Position numbers and translations under genes: made by a program. A stretch of 41,507 bases of DNA, from the NCBI GenBank assembly GCA_032718475.1, contig JAUCBJ010004352.1, positions 1 through 41,507 of the forward strand. Reading direction: 5' to 3'. Every line of letters starts with the position of its first letter. Position 1 is the stretch's first letter. Shown one piece after another: positions 1 through 12,749 of the stretch. The DNA is from Nemertoderma westbladi. Lineage: Eukaryota > Animalia > Xenacoelomorpha. Under the pieces are notes generated by a model. It made no database searches. It worked only from the letters and a program-made list of their open reading frames with translations, and was not told where the DNA came from.

Positions 1-75
1 GGTCATATTGACCATATGACCCCCCCCCCCCCGGTATTTGTACAACATTTTATAGCCCGGTACTAATAGGGTTAA
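1..75. mobile_element. Right terminus of a piggyBac-like non-autonomous DNA transposon, truncated by the window edge
   Basis: Ends ...GGTACTAATAGGG|TTAA (TTAA at 72-75), the typical piggyBac terminus and TSD; the other end lies outside the window. Confidence 0.4.
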
Positions 76-436
76 TGCCGTAGGAGAACTAAAAGTTTTC
101 CATAACCAAAATTGAGAAAAAGAGTCACTTGCACCAAAGAGTAGGTTCTGGTCATTTGCCTGTTGCACTACTTCCCTTGGTCCCAAAATCAAAATTTTGG
201 TATCTAACTAAGTTTGGACCCATTTGATCACATTTGATGCATGCAGGAAGTTCTTTCTTGAGTCATTGATCTCCCATCAATGTGTTATATTGTTATAAAT
301 TTCATTATGGTGCACCGCAATGGCTCAAAATTTCAACCCTCTTGGGATCCGTGAAGATATAGACGAAATTTAACGAAATTTTTTTTGCCTTATTTTTTAC
401 CATTTGTCAACTTTTGTGCAGCGGTAGAATACGTCA

Positions 437-523
437 TAATGTCACCATACTAATATTACGTCAACCATTACTTGCTCCAGGAACAAGTGATGGTTGACGT
501 AATATTAGTATATGGTGACATTA
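437..523. repeat. Near-perfect inverted repeat (~42-bp stem hairpin)
   Basis: TAATGTCACCATA-CTAATATTACGTCAACCATTACTTG pairs with CAAGTGATGGTTGACGTAATATTAG-TA-TATGGTGACATTA. Confidence 0.9.
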
Positions 524-2664
524 GAAAACTGTAGTAGTTTCTGCTTAGATATAATATAATACAGCGCACTAGGTGTTGGATTGATAAATACAGTCAGAAA
601 TACATTTTTTTGGAATAATATTTGTTAATAGGACACGGACTGGTAGAAACTTTATATAAATTTTATTTTGAAATATATGTAAAGTTTTTACAAGTATTGG
701 AAATGCTTGCAACAAATTACAGTTATGTTCAGTATTTTGTTTTGTTTAAGGGGGTGGTAGACCCCCTCTTATTGTATTTAGTTTAATTTGTAAATATCTC
801 GAAAGAATGTAAATTTAAAATCGTTAAGCGTTAATAGCGTTAAAATCGAACAAGATCAGTTAGAATAAATTGTTGATTCAATCCAACAATTCTTTTTCAT
901 TTTTCCTGCCTTATCCAACCACCCCCCGATCCAATATCCGGTGACTATTATCGCTGAGATCGCAAACCCTCTCAAACTTACATCGGCTTTAAGAGATTAA
1001 CGGCAACAATTGCGGAACAGTAGTGATTTTTGTGTAAAAAAAATTTCCTTCACAGTTGAAAACCCTTGCAAAACATCCTGTGTTGGTTATTAATAATGTT
1101 TGACATGAAGGAAGCTCAATCAGAGCCATAATATCATGTTTAATATTTGATGGGATCTAGTCTGTCGGTCTGTCTTAATTAGATGGACAGACAGACATCG
1201 ATACAATGATAACAGGAGAACTAAAAGAGATCTCCCTAAGATATTTTTACATTTGAAATCCTCTCTAAATTCTGCAGTTAGATGAAAAAAAATCGAACAT
1301 GTGAAGAAAATAAAGCAGTAAAAGCACATAATCGCTTAATCGCCCCCATTTGTATTAATACAAAGTGGGTGATTAATCACAAAACTATATCAAGTTACTT
1401 TGATACGAGACTGACTTTACTCAATCTCAGGTTACTTTTCGAGTTACTTTCAATCTACTGACTTGGCACAATATCTCAAGTTACTTTGCAGGTAAAGAGG
1501 GCCTAAGGGAGTGATTCGACAAGCCCACGCAAACTGCTTATTGCTTACTACATTATATGACCGAGGAATGTGACTTAATACGTAATACAGTTACTATAGA
1601 ATCTCATTTTAATAAACCAAATTAGTCCAAAATCTCTCCCCAAAGATTTTATTCCAGACAGGTCATTTTTTAAGGTAAACATCTTTGTGTTTGCTCTTTG
1701 ACTGTAGTATTTTGTAAGATTTCTTCATACAGATTTTGACTATTTCATGCACAATGTGACACGAACTATACTGCCATCAATCAAATTTATGAACCTCATC
1801 AGGAGCGATTTGGTTTGTGTGTAGTAGATATTGAGTTTATCAAGAAATAAAACTTTGTACCAAGAACTGCCAAGACTGCCTTATGGGAAACGTTGGGGAA
1901 ACTTCTTCACTTCTGTGTATGCATGTATCGATCGAAAGTCTCTAATCCGATTCCTGAGTGTTCATCATGTGTTTATCCTGAATATCTATCTCCCTTCTCA
2001 CTACAGCTCTGGATTCGGATGAAGTGTTTAAGTAGTCTTTGACACTCTATATTGCCCTGTCACTGTTTACTCATCCAATAGTATGACACACCTCTCACAT
2101 TGTACCATAAATCACCATTACTCATCTATAATATCCTTTATTGGTTTTTATACATTTATTATAGGAAGGGATCTAGGGGTCTCAACCTCGTATGATAAGT
2201 TTGTTTTACCGAAACTAATTTTTGTTGGCGCAATTGTAGGACTAATCTCATCACATGCGTACTTTTTAACCGGGTAGTGTACAAATTTAGGAATCGCGTA
2301 ATTAAAAAATAAATGTTTCAAATAAACGCGCCGACTTCATAGGACACCTCAGCACTCCTCCATCGTTAGCCAATGTCCTCGCATTTTCAGGATGTCCAAC
2401 ATTTGTATCGAATCTTTTCCGTGAAAGAAAATCAAACGTAATCTCATTTATTCCATATGACGTTTAGAACTTACATCTGCAATTCATTTAAATTATGCAC
2501 CAAATTAATTATTTTGCCAAACAAACCCTATGATCTATTTAGTAAAGCTTTGGATTCTTTATTAACCTATATATTTATTTATAGATTTAGTTATTCTTTA
2601 TGATCATTTAATTTATTAAAGCCCTTGATTCATTAATATATTTTATAAAATATATTAATATATA

Positions 2665-2789
2665 TACACTTACGTATCTATTTACTTTTTCTTTATACAC
2701 TAACGTATCTATTTACTTTTTCTTTATACACTAACGTATCTATTTACTTTTTCTTTATACACTTACGTATCTATTTACTTTTTCTTTAT
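2665..2789. repeat. 31-bp minisatellite, 4 copies
   Basis: Unit TACACT(T/A)ACGTATCTATTTACTTTTTCTTTA starts at 2665, 2696, 2727 and 2758. Confidence 0.9.
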
Positions 2790-2957
2790 GACGTTAGAGC
2801 TTATTTCTGGATTTAATTTATTACTATTGACCTATTTAATCAATTCCTATATACACACTAACTATCGTTATATTTCTCGGACTGTATATCGACATTTTGT
2901 GCTGTCTTGTTACATTAAGTTGTTTATATTTATTATTATTATTTGTGTTTGAATCTA

Positions 2958-2995
2958 TAAACATACATACATACATAAACATACATACATACATA
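2958..2995. repeat. (ACAT)n microsatellite
   Basis: Imperfect ACAT run. Confidence 0.85.
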
Positions 2996-3304
2996 TAATA
3001 ATACACACCTCGAAAAATACAACTTGTCAACACATTGTTATTATCATTAATATAAATCAGGGGCTTTATTGGTTTTGGTATATCACTCACAACTTTGATC
3101 ATGTGTCATTGTCGCGTCATAGGTGCACTCAAGGCCATGGCGAGTGTGTCACCACTTGTGTCTGATGCAGCGTAATCTATGAGCACGCATGTCACCAGAG
3201 AAACTGTTGCCATCTGTAAAACACGACCATAAGTATATCATGCAGGTTTTGTCCAAAATCGGTATTTCCGGTCCATGAAGCGTTATAGTTTCATCCAAGG
3301 GTTT

Positions 3305-3718
3305 CGCCTCGAACAAGGATTCGAAATGAGATTGGAATTTCTTATCCCGAGGTTGCAGTGAAGATTCTTCTGTATGGAGAGATCCCGACTAGTTTATCGT
3401 GCACCATAATGTGGAAGAGTCGTCGGAATCCAAAATCGTCTGCCACCGCTGTGTTTGACCAGGCCCATTATCGATAAATGTACGAACATTTCGCGGAATA
3501 CGACTTTCAGATGCAGCAGATTGGATGATGTCATAAAATGCACGTAGACCTTCGTCAATCCTCTCCTGAGAAACTGGTAAAGTAAAAGCCACACTGCTAG
3601 CGGCGGTTAACAAATTAGAGTATGCAACGTAATCCACCTCTGATAATTTCACAGGTCCTTTACTTTGTAATGCTGTAATGGCATAATGTGTGCCAAGGTC
3701 ATTTGCATTTTCTTTCAA
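3305..3718 (-). mobile_element. L2/CR1-group LINE ORF2 fragment (linker between endonuclease and RT)
   Basis: ORF ends RWQTILDSDDSSTLWCTIN* and continues in frame SGSL...QPRDKKFQSHFESLF, resembling the LINE W..I.W.G...F..HFE.L region. Confidence 0.5.
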
Positions 3719-5113
3719 GTAGACATTCTATGTCAATTATTTGACGAGTGGAGTTAAGGTTTATAGACATCTCAATCGGGGCATGGTTGGAAAGAAAAAA
3801 ACGTTGTATTATGTACCGAAAATGAGGTTACACACATTCTAGTGGAACAAAACGCTCCTTAATATAGCTAATTGGCACTATATTACTATTCTCTATTTAT
3901 ATCACAATATGTCATCGATCAATCAAAAAGGATCTGCCATGCTGAAATTTCTTTCCTCGTTATCTCTTGTCCTCATTATCAATCTGTTGAACCACCAGTG
4001 TATACCAAGGAATTAACGTTTCAACCTCCTCACAATACCCATAAATTTAATTAGACAATGATAAGTACACAGAATAATACTTTAATGAAAAAGTTTATCA
4101 ATATTTACCCCATTGTAGTATAATAATAATTATTGTAAACGACTATGTGGGACATAATAATGTTAACGCAGCTCCTGACAGCTTCTGTTTACTATATATA
4201 TACTGTACACATGGTTTAGTCTAGGATATGGAATAGGGTCACCTCAATCCATACATACATCGCCTCAACACTAAGTTACATCTCCGAGTGGTGTCGTAGT
4301 AGTACTTCTGTTTTAAACATAGCTGAGGCAGGTACCGCAAGCAGCCAGTCAACTGACTCACCTGCAGCCCTGTACTGGATGTACGGTAGTGCTCTCCAGA
4401 CGGCTGAACCGCTGAAATTACGCATCAGAATACAATTTATCAATAAAAATACAATACAAACTTAAACTAAAATTAACAAAATTAACTAACTATTAAATAC
4501 TGAATTTAGGCACTCTATTGCCAGAGAATTAAGTAAGGAAGCATATTCCACGGGTGTCCTAGGTAGTTGCTAAAGAAATGGCACCCGATGGCAGTTGAAA
4601 TTTCCCAATTCCAAGGAAGCACTAGGATGGCATCCAGTATTGAATTATACTTTGCTATAATCATTGACTACTGTATAGCTCCTCCCTGGTAGACCGCAAG
4701 ATTTCCAATGTGGAGGTCACCAATTCGATCGCACTTTGACGTAAATGCTGAATTTGCTAATCTATTCCAAACGAAAACTATAATATAAAATTACTCATCA
4801 ACTCAAAATACCAATAATTTAAGGACTTTTTAGAAATTTCGACTATGGAAAGTTTCATTTAAATAGGTTAAAGACGGGTGATACATGATTTTACTTGCTT
4901 TTATTAAACCTAAAAGAGAGCAGATTTCTTAATAGTTTTAGCTAATTTTATGCTGTGCTGGCAATATAACCAATTGCTAATAAATTTATTTGTTGTAAAT
5001 TATTGAGAATAAAAAAAATTGATTGGATTTTAATTCAATTGAAAAGGAAAGTGTATGCATGGCTAATCTAATGATGTTGTCCAGCATGCTCTCATTAGAA
5101 GGAAAATAATATC

Positions 5114-5960
5114 ATACTACTACTAGGTCAAGGCGGTCTAATAAATCGTTAACCTAAGACATCGCAGCACAAACGCTGTTACTATTAAGTATAGAATTCA
5201 CAGTGCCATAGTCTACGGAAGTGTGGCGCGTTCTATAAAAGTACACTTTCCACTGTGGCTCGAAAGAACTTAGTCTTCAGGTGCCTGGAGAGATCTGATT
5301 TCGAGATGGTATCCATTTTTGATAGAGCTACCCAGCCTTTGCTTTTTCCTAACTTCTATGTCCTTTTTGCTACTCTCTATCCATGATCCTAGGTACTGGA
5401 AGTCGTCGACCTTCCTTAGTTGATTATTATCAATTGTTTTCAAGTTTCCATTAACATCAAAAGTCATGAATTCGGTCTTGGTGCTTTATATGCAATCCAA
5501 CCTCTTTAGCAGCCCTCTTCACTTTATTCAGTACAAGCCGTGCATCTGCTAACGTATTAGATAGAGGGCAGGGCGATGTCATCCGCAAAGTCGGCGTCTG
5601 TGACCTGTAGTTGCAGGATATCTACTACTTCTGCGTTCTTGAAGTGTGAATCCCAGATCTTCACCCCCTGTGGCCGTCCTCATTGCGTAATCCAGCACAA
5701 TTACAAATAGTAATGGCGCCAATGTGTCACCACGCAGTACGCCAGCCAGGATTGAAAATAATTTAGTTTCACCGCGGTCTGGTGAGAGTACCTGAGTGAG
5801 CTTCTGTGTCACAATATAATAATCCAATGCCAGCCACAACTACTTCTATGGTATTCCATAAGCTTCATGGATTTCCAGCATTTTATCTCTATGAATTGAG
5901 TCGGATGCTTTCTTGAAGTCCACAAAGATCATGACTGCGGGGAGATTCTTTGACTTAATT
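5114..5960 (-). mobile_element. RTE-clade LINE fragment (family A), degenerate RT
   Basis: Motifs IFVDFKKASDSIHR, GVLRGDTLAPLLF, TDADFADD and FQYLGSWI across frameshifts; 5240-5440 is nearly identical to 24041-24230; (TAG)n tail remnant at ~5114-5126. Confidence 0.85.
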
Positions 5961-6274
5961 AATAATATCATAATAATAATCATAATATCATTATTTAATC
6001 TGTAGTCAAGTTTCTGTAAAGAGTGCACCCCGAGCAATTGAAGGAAATAAATTTAAAAATTAAATTGATATTATCTGATGTAGGCGGATCGGCGTCATTT
6101 ATGTATCTATTAATATGCAAATTATACATTAACATTCTTGCTAAATACCAACATCATATTGCATATAATATACAGTTGGTATATTAGTTTCGTATTATAT
6201 TATGCATTATTTGCATTGTTTAACTTGAAAACAATTTAAGGGCAATATTAGTTAATAAGCAATGATGGATCGTG

Positions 6275-6526
6275 GTCAGTTGCCCCCCAGTCACTTCCCT
6301 CATGCCACTCCCCTCCGGTTACTTCCCCTGGTCAATTCCCCCATTCACTTTCCCCCTGGTCACCCCCCCCCCCCATCAATCCCTCCCTTTGTTACCCCCC
6401 CCCCCACCCATCAATCCCTCCCTTGGTTACCCCCCCCCCCGTCACTCCTCCCCCCCCCCCCCTGGTCACTTCCTCTCCCGGCGCCACTTCCCATCCTGGT
6501 CACTTCCCCAGGTCACTCCCACCCCT
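6275..6526. repeat. C-rich degenerate tandem repeat (GGTCACTTCCCC-like units), G-quadruplex-prone on the minus strand
   Basis: Repeated GGT(C/T)AC(T/C)(T/C)CCCC units with long C runs. Confidence 0.75.
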
Positions 6527-6913
6527 AATATAAATAATTTCAAATAATCCTATCAGAAAAAATTATATCATCAAATAAAATTGACTTAAATAATAAAACT
6601 AATATCAAATAGACATACAATAATGGTAAAGTTAAATTTTCAGTTTCAATAAATTATACAGTAATTATATAAATAACTATTAGTAAACAAATAACTATTA
6701 GTAAAACTAGCACGAAGAGAAAACATTTATTTATCAATAATAATTGGGCTAAAAACACACAGTGAAATGCACACAGTAACGCACAGGAACGAATGTCAAG
6801 AGCAAAGAGGAACAATGTGAAATGGTTGGGGACTACAGTACTCCGTCGATCGAAGGGGGGACTGTGGCTGTGCGGTGAAGCCACATTGCTGCATTTCCGC
6901 ACGACAGGCAGAC

Positions 6914-7247
6914 CTACTACAACTAGGATCGGCATGCAGCATTGCAGCTGCATTTTTAAGAATGCTGTGCCGGCTTGTCAACAAAATTGCACCCCCACAA
7001 CTCCCTATCACCCATGACATTTGCTAGATCATCCGCATCTTCAAGGCCAGTGTCCTTTAAGATGCGTCTCAAGAAAGTCATTGGCTGTCCACCATGCTTA
7101 TTCACTCCATGAGGCTGCCAAAGTACAAGATTATGCACTGGCTGGTCCTCACGGCGACAGCAATGTCCTGCAAAGGGGAGGCGATTTTGTTCTAGTGTCA
7201 AGCTTGGGGGAACCAATGAGACACCTCCAATGTTATATAGTGTCTGG
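6914..7247 (-). mobile_element. 5'-truncated RTE LINE (family B), 3' end, inserted in the CRE-like element
   Basis: Near-identical to 34011-34337; RLPFAGHC..REDQPV..LVLWQP; (TAG)n-like tail. Confidence 0.9.
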
Positions 7248-7925
7248 AGACGTTGGACCACCAGACGTTGGAAGAGCTGCCGGGTTGTGTCCCTGGGAGG
7301 AAGCCCTCGGCGGAGCGATAACAGCCACCCAATCTTCCGGATTGATTGCGCTGACTCCGCTTCCCACCTTCCAAGAGCTTCTACCACAATAGGGGTGAAT
7401 CCCACTCCTGAAGAACGGCAGTCAGTGGTGTGGGCTGTCTTACGGTCCACTGCCACTGAAAGGGCGTGTCCAGGGTTCAATGCGGAACCCTGGACCGTCA
7501 AAGATTGCAGGCTAAAAATATCTGTTACGTCCAGGGCCATTGGCTGCTCTCTACGCCAGTTTGGTCCGCAAACTTCCCTCCAAGGCGCAAGAGCAGCTGA
7601 TTGTGCTGCGGAGAAAATGGCATCCCTGAGAGCGTCATGGGGGCTAATGCGGTCACCAGCATCACCACACCCACCCGATGTTGTAGTCCCCAAAGTTGTT
7701 GGACATTAACCCACAAATGGGGCAAAGAGTGGGTTCTGAGGACATACGTGTCCCAGCCAGTACTGAAGGCATGACTGATGCTCCATATCCAGTATGTGTA
7801 GGCCAAGAGGAATGGAAGGGATCACCTGCAGCCAGTCACTGGAATGAGGTAAGGATGTAGAGTTAGAGGGAGCAATGAAACGGGTGTCTGGAGCAATGGA
7901 GATCAGATGGTTGTGGTTGGCGATG

Positions 7926-8200
7926 ACTACTACTACTAGGATCGGCATGCTGCATTGCAGCTGCATTTTTAAGAATGCTGTGCCAGCTTGTCAACAAAAT
8001 TGCACCGCCACAACTCCCTATCACCCATGACATTTGCGAGATCATCCGCATCTTCAAGAGTGTCTTTTAAGATGCGTCTCAATAAAGTCATGGGCTGTCC
8101 ACCATGCTTATTCACTCCATGAGGCTGCCAAAGTACAAGATTTTGCACTGGCTGGTCCTCACGGGGAAAGCAATGTCCTGCAAAGTGGAGGCGATTTTGT
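7926..8200 (-). mobile_element. 5'-truncated RTE LINE (family B), 3' end
   Basis: Same 3' sequence and (TAG)n tail; TSD-like TTGGCGATG (7917-7925) / TTGGTGATG (8201-8209). Confidence 0.9.
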
Positions 8201-9218
8201 TTGGTGATGTCTATAGCGTGGGAGAGGGTGCACTGTGTCAAAGGGGTGGTTTCATCAACAGCTATAGGTCGAAGTCTACCACACTTCTTCTTACAGGGGA
8301 ATAGTCAAGCCCCACATAGGTATTGGGATATCTATGGTGGGGCTTGACCTGCTGCTAACATTGTTGTGAATAGACTTAAGGCTGAAAGAGCGCGGGTGGA
8401 CCTCGCCTGATAAGGGGATGAAATGCACTCCTTTAAATGGGTTTGACTCAACTGTGATGGTCTGTAGGCGGATCCAAGAGGAAACGACTTAATGGCATTG
8501 GCCACTGCTTCCGTAGAGATGATGGCTGGTTTGGGTACCGGACCCATTGGTTGGGCTGGGGAAGGGGCCTGTGGGTGTATATCCAGCCTTGACTGGAGTG
8601 TTTCTGGGGATGAGGGATCAGCATGGCCCTCAGAAATCAGGGCCATTATATACGATATTGCCCATCAGCCATGGCCTTCCGAGCTCGCCTAGCATTGTCC
8701 TCTCTAATGGACTCTGGGGAAGATTTGGAAATCTTGTGCTTAGTTCTAGTTGGGTTGTTGGTGACAACTTCCTCCCATAATGCTGAAATATCATCATCTC
8801 ACATTATCCTTTCAGTATCTTTCCAATGGCTACGACCCACCTCTCTTGGGATTGGCGAGGATGCATGGGGCAAGAAGGAAAATTTTGGTCCAGTAGATGT
8901 TATTGGGATCTGTATTGACGGATTCTAATGTGAAGGATACTATATCTGCCCATAGGTCCCTAGCCCTTTTGGGGACATGATGGAGTATTGGAATTCTGGC
9001 CTGAAGTATGGTTTCTATTGTAGGTAAGTCAGCATTGGACTGTGTTGTTCTTGGGTTTGGTTTGGTGCATGGGCGTGCAAAGGGGTTTAATGGTCGGGTA
9101 TAACTAAGTGGAATGGGGGGTAGTGTTGTTTGCAGCCATGGATAATATGGGTGGCGGATATAGGTTGGTGGGTTGCTGGCAAGACTGTTGGGACAAAGGA
9201 GGTTTACCTGAGCCGGGA

Positions 9219-11876
9219 GAGAGGGCTGTTGCGCTGTCAGTCAGAGAGGTAACAGCCCATGGGGTAAGGATTTACCTCTGGGACCTGTATTAGGCAAAAT
9301 AGCAGTAGCTGTGTAGGCCCACCAGTACTGTGCATGGTACATGACCCGAAATTTAGCCTACATCTGTAAATAATATACGGTTTCGCGGTACAAGACCATA
9401 TGTAAAATGCTCGCGTGAGTTCAGGAGTTGCACAGATGTCAGGATGTGCTAATTCTATATCATGCACTAGGCCTAACGGATTCTGGTAGCCTGGAACTAG
9501 ACCACTACAAAAACTGATGCGACAGAGCGAGGTGCCGTTAGCCTAACATTTCGTGGCAGCTGGTCCGATAACACTCAACGCATTGTTTGGTTGGACATTG
9601 ACATTACCGGTATTGCATTACAGTGTACATTATTACATACTGATTAGTATGGATTGAGAAATTGGATATATTTGAACGTCAATGGATGGATAGGTTTGGT
9701 TTGAGAAACTAATATCACGTAGGCCTACCTAATCCAGTAATCATATCTTTGCGTTAATTATTACTAGTTCCACTGGCCCCCAGCCACCTTCAACAAACCA
9801 TCATTGCTGGCCGGAGCGCATTAAAAACTGTAAGTATCGCGACCTAATGGACCGGGCCATTTCTTTCACCCCGTGGCCTTTGAGACCTTTGGCCGCCCTG
9901 GTCCAGAGACATCCACCTTCCTCCGGGAGATCGGGGCTCATCTCCACAGTGCCACCCACGAACCGCAGTCACACCAGATCAGTTTCTGCTCCAGCGCCTG
10001 GAGATGGCAATTTTGGTTGGTATTGCAGCCTCAGTCATGGGGACAGCAGCCACGCCGACCATCGGTCTATTCGGGCACTGAAGAGCCGAAACCAATCGAA
10101 ACTGTCGAAATGGTTGCCAATGGAGTCACCAACGGGATGACGGCCGAAGATATTCAATACTCTATCTTATGCAATCTCAAATATTCAATGTTCGATCCCT
10201 ACATGGGGCAGTACTGTTTGGGCACAGTGCTTTAAATGCTGCAGCCTAGCCCAACCCCGGCTTTTATCCTTCAGTGGTCGATTGGGAACCAAGGCAACTT
10301 GGGAAACAGAGTGGAAGGGTTTACTGTGGAAGATCACCCATGGTGGTGAACAGGCATTCCTTGGCTTAACGAGCCTAAAATATTCTCCCATTCAAATATT
10401 CAATTCGGTACTGTACCCTCAATTCAATATTCAATCTTAGTATTATTTCTGTGCTTCGTTATTTAATAATGTGATTAGATAAAAAAATAAATTAATGAAA
10501 TATAATTCATCTGTTAATTATTACAAAAAAAAATCCAACATTATATTAACATTTATATAGTTTTGAATTAAATGTTTCGAAATCAACAGTCATTCAATGA
10601 ACTTATACAGCAGTGTCATATATCGCGTATCCCTTGGTTTAATCACTATTCTTTATTCAAGTATAACTGAATCCTGGCCCACCGCCTTCACCCTCCACTG
10701 ATAATTTAAAATCGTAACTCATTCAATCTTTGACTAAATTATACCAAACTTGGTAAACATGTAATCTTTGTCTATCGGCTAAAATAAACACAACTTGCTA
10801 AAGTTTCCCCTATAACGTTTTTTCCTGTAGAACAGGATGCAGTTTTATTTTAGTAGTAAACAAGCTGTTATTTGCGTCGATTTTCACCTGGAGAGGGAAG
10901 AATATTGATTGCCCCCCCCCCCTACCTGCAGCTAAGTGAAAATATTTCGGCACCATTTAATTTTATTATCACGGTCGCGCATCAAGTAGTCTGTCAAAAG
11001 ATACAATCCATTATAAACATAACAAAATTAATTATAATAATTCTAAAAATATAAGGCAGATTTTCCTAAAGTTAGCTCTTTAGTCTTTAGCAATCTTATA
11101 CATTGAAAAGACTTATAAAATAATTGATGTTGAATAATTATTATTAAGATTAAAATATATTATTAGGAATTCGAAGAAAGCAAATTGCATTGAGTTAGTA
11201 TTGGCAAGTTCAGAAGTTAATCTCACAAACCAGTCTAGTCTAACTTTACAGTAGCCTTGTTCGCTTTGTTCCAGGTTTAGGCCTATAGATTCCACCGTCT
11301 TCGTTCCAGGTTTAATACTGTAATAGACTCAGTTATCCGTCTTGATCGCTTCGCTATGCACCATCTTACTGGGTTTAATAAACTCCATCGCCTTCCTGTC
11401 GTTCTCTGTTTTGTAGATTACTTCGCCATCGCCTGATCGCTTTGGTTGCGTGTTTAATACTGTAATAGACTCTGTCGCCATCGTATCATTCTGGATACAT
11501 TGAATAGACTCCATTGTCCATCGCGATTGTTTCATTGTTTACGTGTAATTGACTCCGTCGCCTCCTCGGATTAGGAATCCGGCCGGGTTTCGTAGATTCC
11601 GCCATCGTTCAGCAGTTCAGTGTTTTTAATCAAAGCCAGAATTCCGGCACCGGCACCACGATCAACGATTTCGGAAGTAACAGACTCCATCAACAACACT
11701 CAGGGTTTAAAAAATACAACCATCGGGCAACTTGTAACTGGGCGATCATCTATCTGATAGTTGAAAAAGACTGTCTGACAGTTGGTATCAGACTATCTGA
11801 TAGTTAGCGCCCCATGGGTAAATCCTTACCCCATGGGCTGTTACCTCTCTGACTGACAGCGCAACAGCCCCTATAG
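9219..11876. mobile_element. Non-autonomous TIR DNA transposon (Mutator-like by TSD length), 2.66 kb
   Basis: ~54-bp perfect inverted repeats (GGGCTGTTGCGCTGTCAGTCAGAGAGG...; ~9223-9277 and 11817-11870); 10-bp direct repeat TGAGCCGGGA at 9209-9218 and 11877-11886; excision rejoins the CRE-like zinc-finger motif. Confidence 0.8.
9775..10085 (+). mobile_element. RLE-domain fragment of a second CRE-like non-LTR family, inside the TIR element
   Basis: KYRDL...HFFHPVAFETFGRPGPETSTFLREIG.HL...QRL...GN, the restriction-like endonuclease C-terminal pattern. Confidence 0.65.
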
Positions 11877-12289
11877 TGAGCCGGGACACCTGGAACCAAT
11901 GGGGCCATGGACTCCGATGAAGCCTGAGAAGTTTATAGATATTGTACGGTTGCATTCTGCCCACGTGGTAGGAAGGCTGTTGTTGTTTGTGGAGTTTTGA
12001 TTAAGAGAAGTAGAATGTGGTGAGGTTGGCTGGCTGGCCGACGATGTTGTAGACATTAGCAGATTATGCTTTTGTGTTGGCATGGTAGTCATCAGTGGAC
12101 TTGGGCATGGTGGTGGACAGAGGGGATGTGTGGTGAGATGGAGAGGTTGAAAGATCCGGTGGGGTGATTGGCTGAGTGAACTTTGATGGGTTGTGGAAGG
12201 GTTGTAGTTGGGTGCTGGTGTAGGAACAGGTTGGAACATGGGGCCTGATATAGCTTTGGCACTGGTGCTGGCATTGGGGACAATATGGG

Positions 12290-12535
12290 ACTCCTTGTCT
12301 AAGCACATTTTTGCATATTGACAGACATAGACACCACAGTCATGGTTGTTAAATTTGACTTTACCAGGCTGGGGAGCTACCGTGATGTGAGGGAGGAAGA
12401 TGTTGTGGTTGGACGCTTGTACACTGATCCACTTCCTCAAGGTTTGCATTACATTAGGGTTTGGGTCTCCCAAAGAGTCAAAGTAACGAATTGAGCACTG
12501 CTGCGGGCAGAACACGGCTGGTGACCAGATCAGAT
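12290..12535 (-). pseudogene. Ulp1/C48-family cysteine protease domain, N-terminally truncated, belonging to the retroelement ORF
   Basis: W..AV......IRYFDSLG and NNHDCGVYVCQYA in ORF 11871-12548; catalytic Asp and Cys present, His region lost. Confidence 0.7.
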
Positions 12536-12749
12536 CAGATTTTTTCATTTTTTAGGTGATATAAATAAATGGTTTAAATCAAATGACGTAAATAAAACAA
12601 CCATGTACACAACAATACCTATATACATTGTTTGGTGTATTTCTTATTGTTTTCAAATAATGTATAAATAAATCGAATATCTATATCTAATATAATATCT
12701 ATAATTATGCGAAGATATATCAGTTTTTTATTGAGATAGTCCTTGGAAA

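Larger units (their letters stand above)
6835..12548 (-). mobile_element. Decayed CRE-like (RLE-type) non-LTR retrotransposon with an N-terminal Ulp1-like protease; RT core deleted; three nested insertions
   Basis: In order on the minus strand: YFDSLG...DCGVYVC; xAEC...HGPIGSRCPGS|GKPP; ILHHVPKRARDLWA; AIKSFPLGSA; LCGA...KKKCGRLRPIAVDE; LSHAID; SSDWLQVIPS; HDALRDAIF...ALDVT...FTPIVVEALG; LFQRL...GNAAMWLHR...IDGVL*. Confidence 0.75.

Noticed and set aside
746-770. Kolobok-like terminus TTAA|GG
   Set aside because: No matching inverted end found
6262-6547. Proline-rich extensin-like ORFs
   Set aside because: Translation of a C-rich non-coding repeat in two frames
10078-10110. Hammerhead-like CTGAAGA...GAAAC
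   Set aside because: No convincing stems I, II or III
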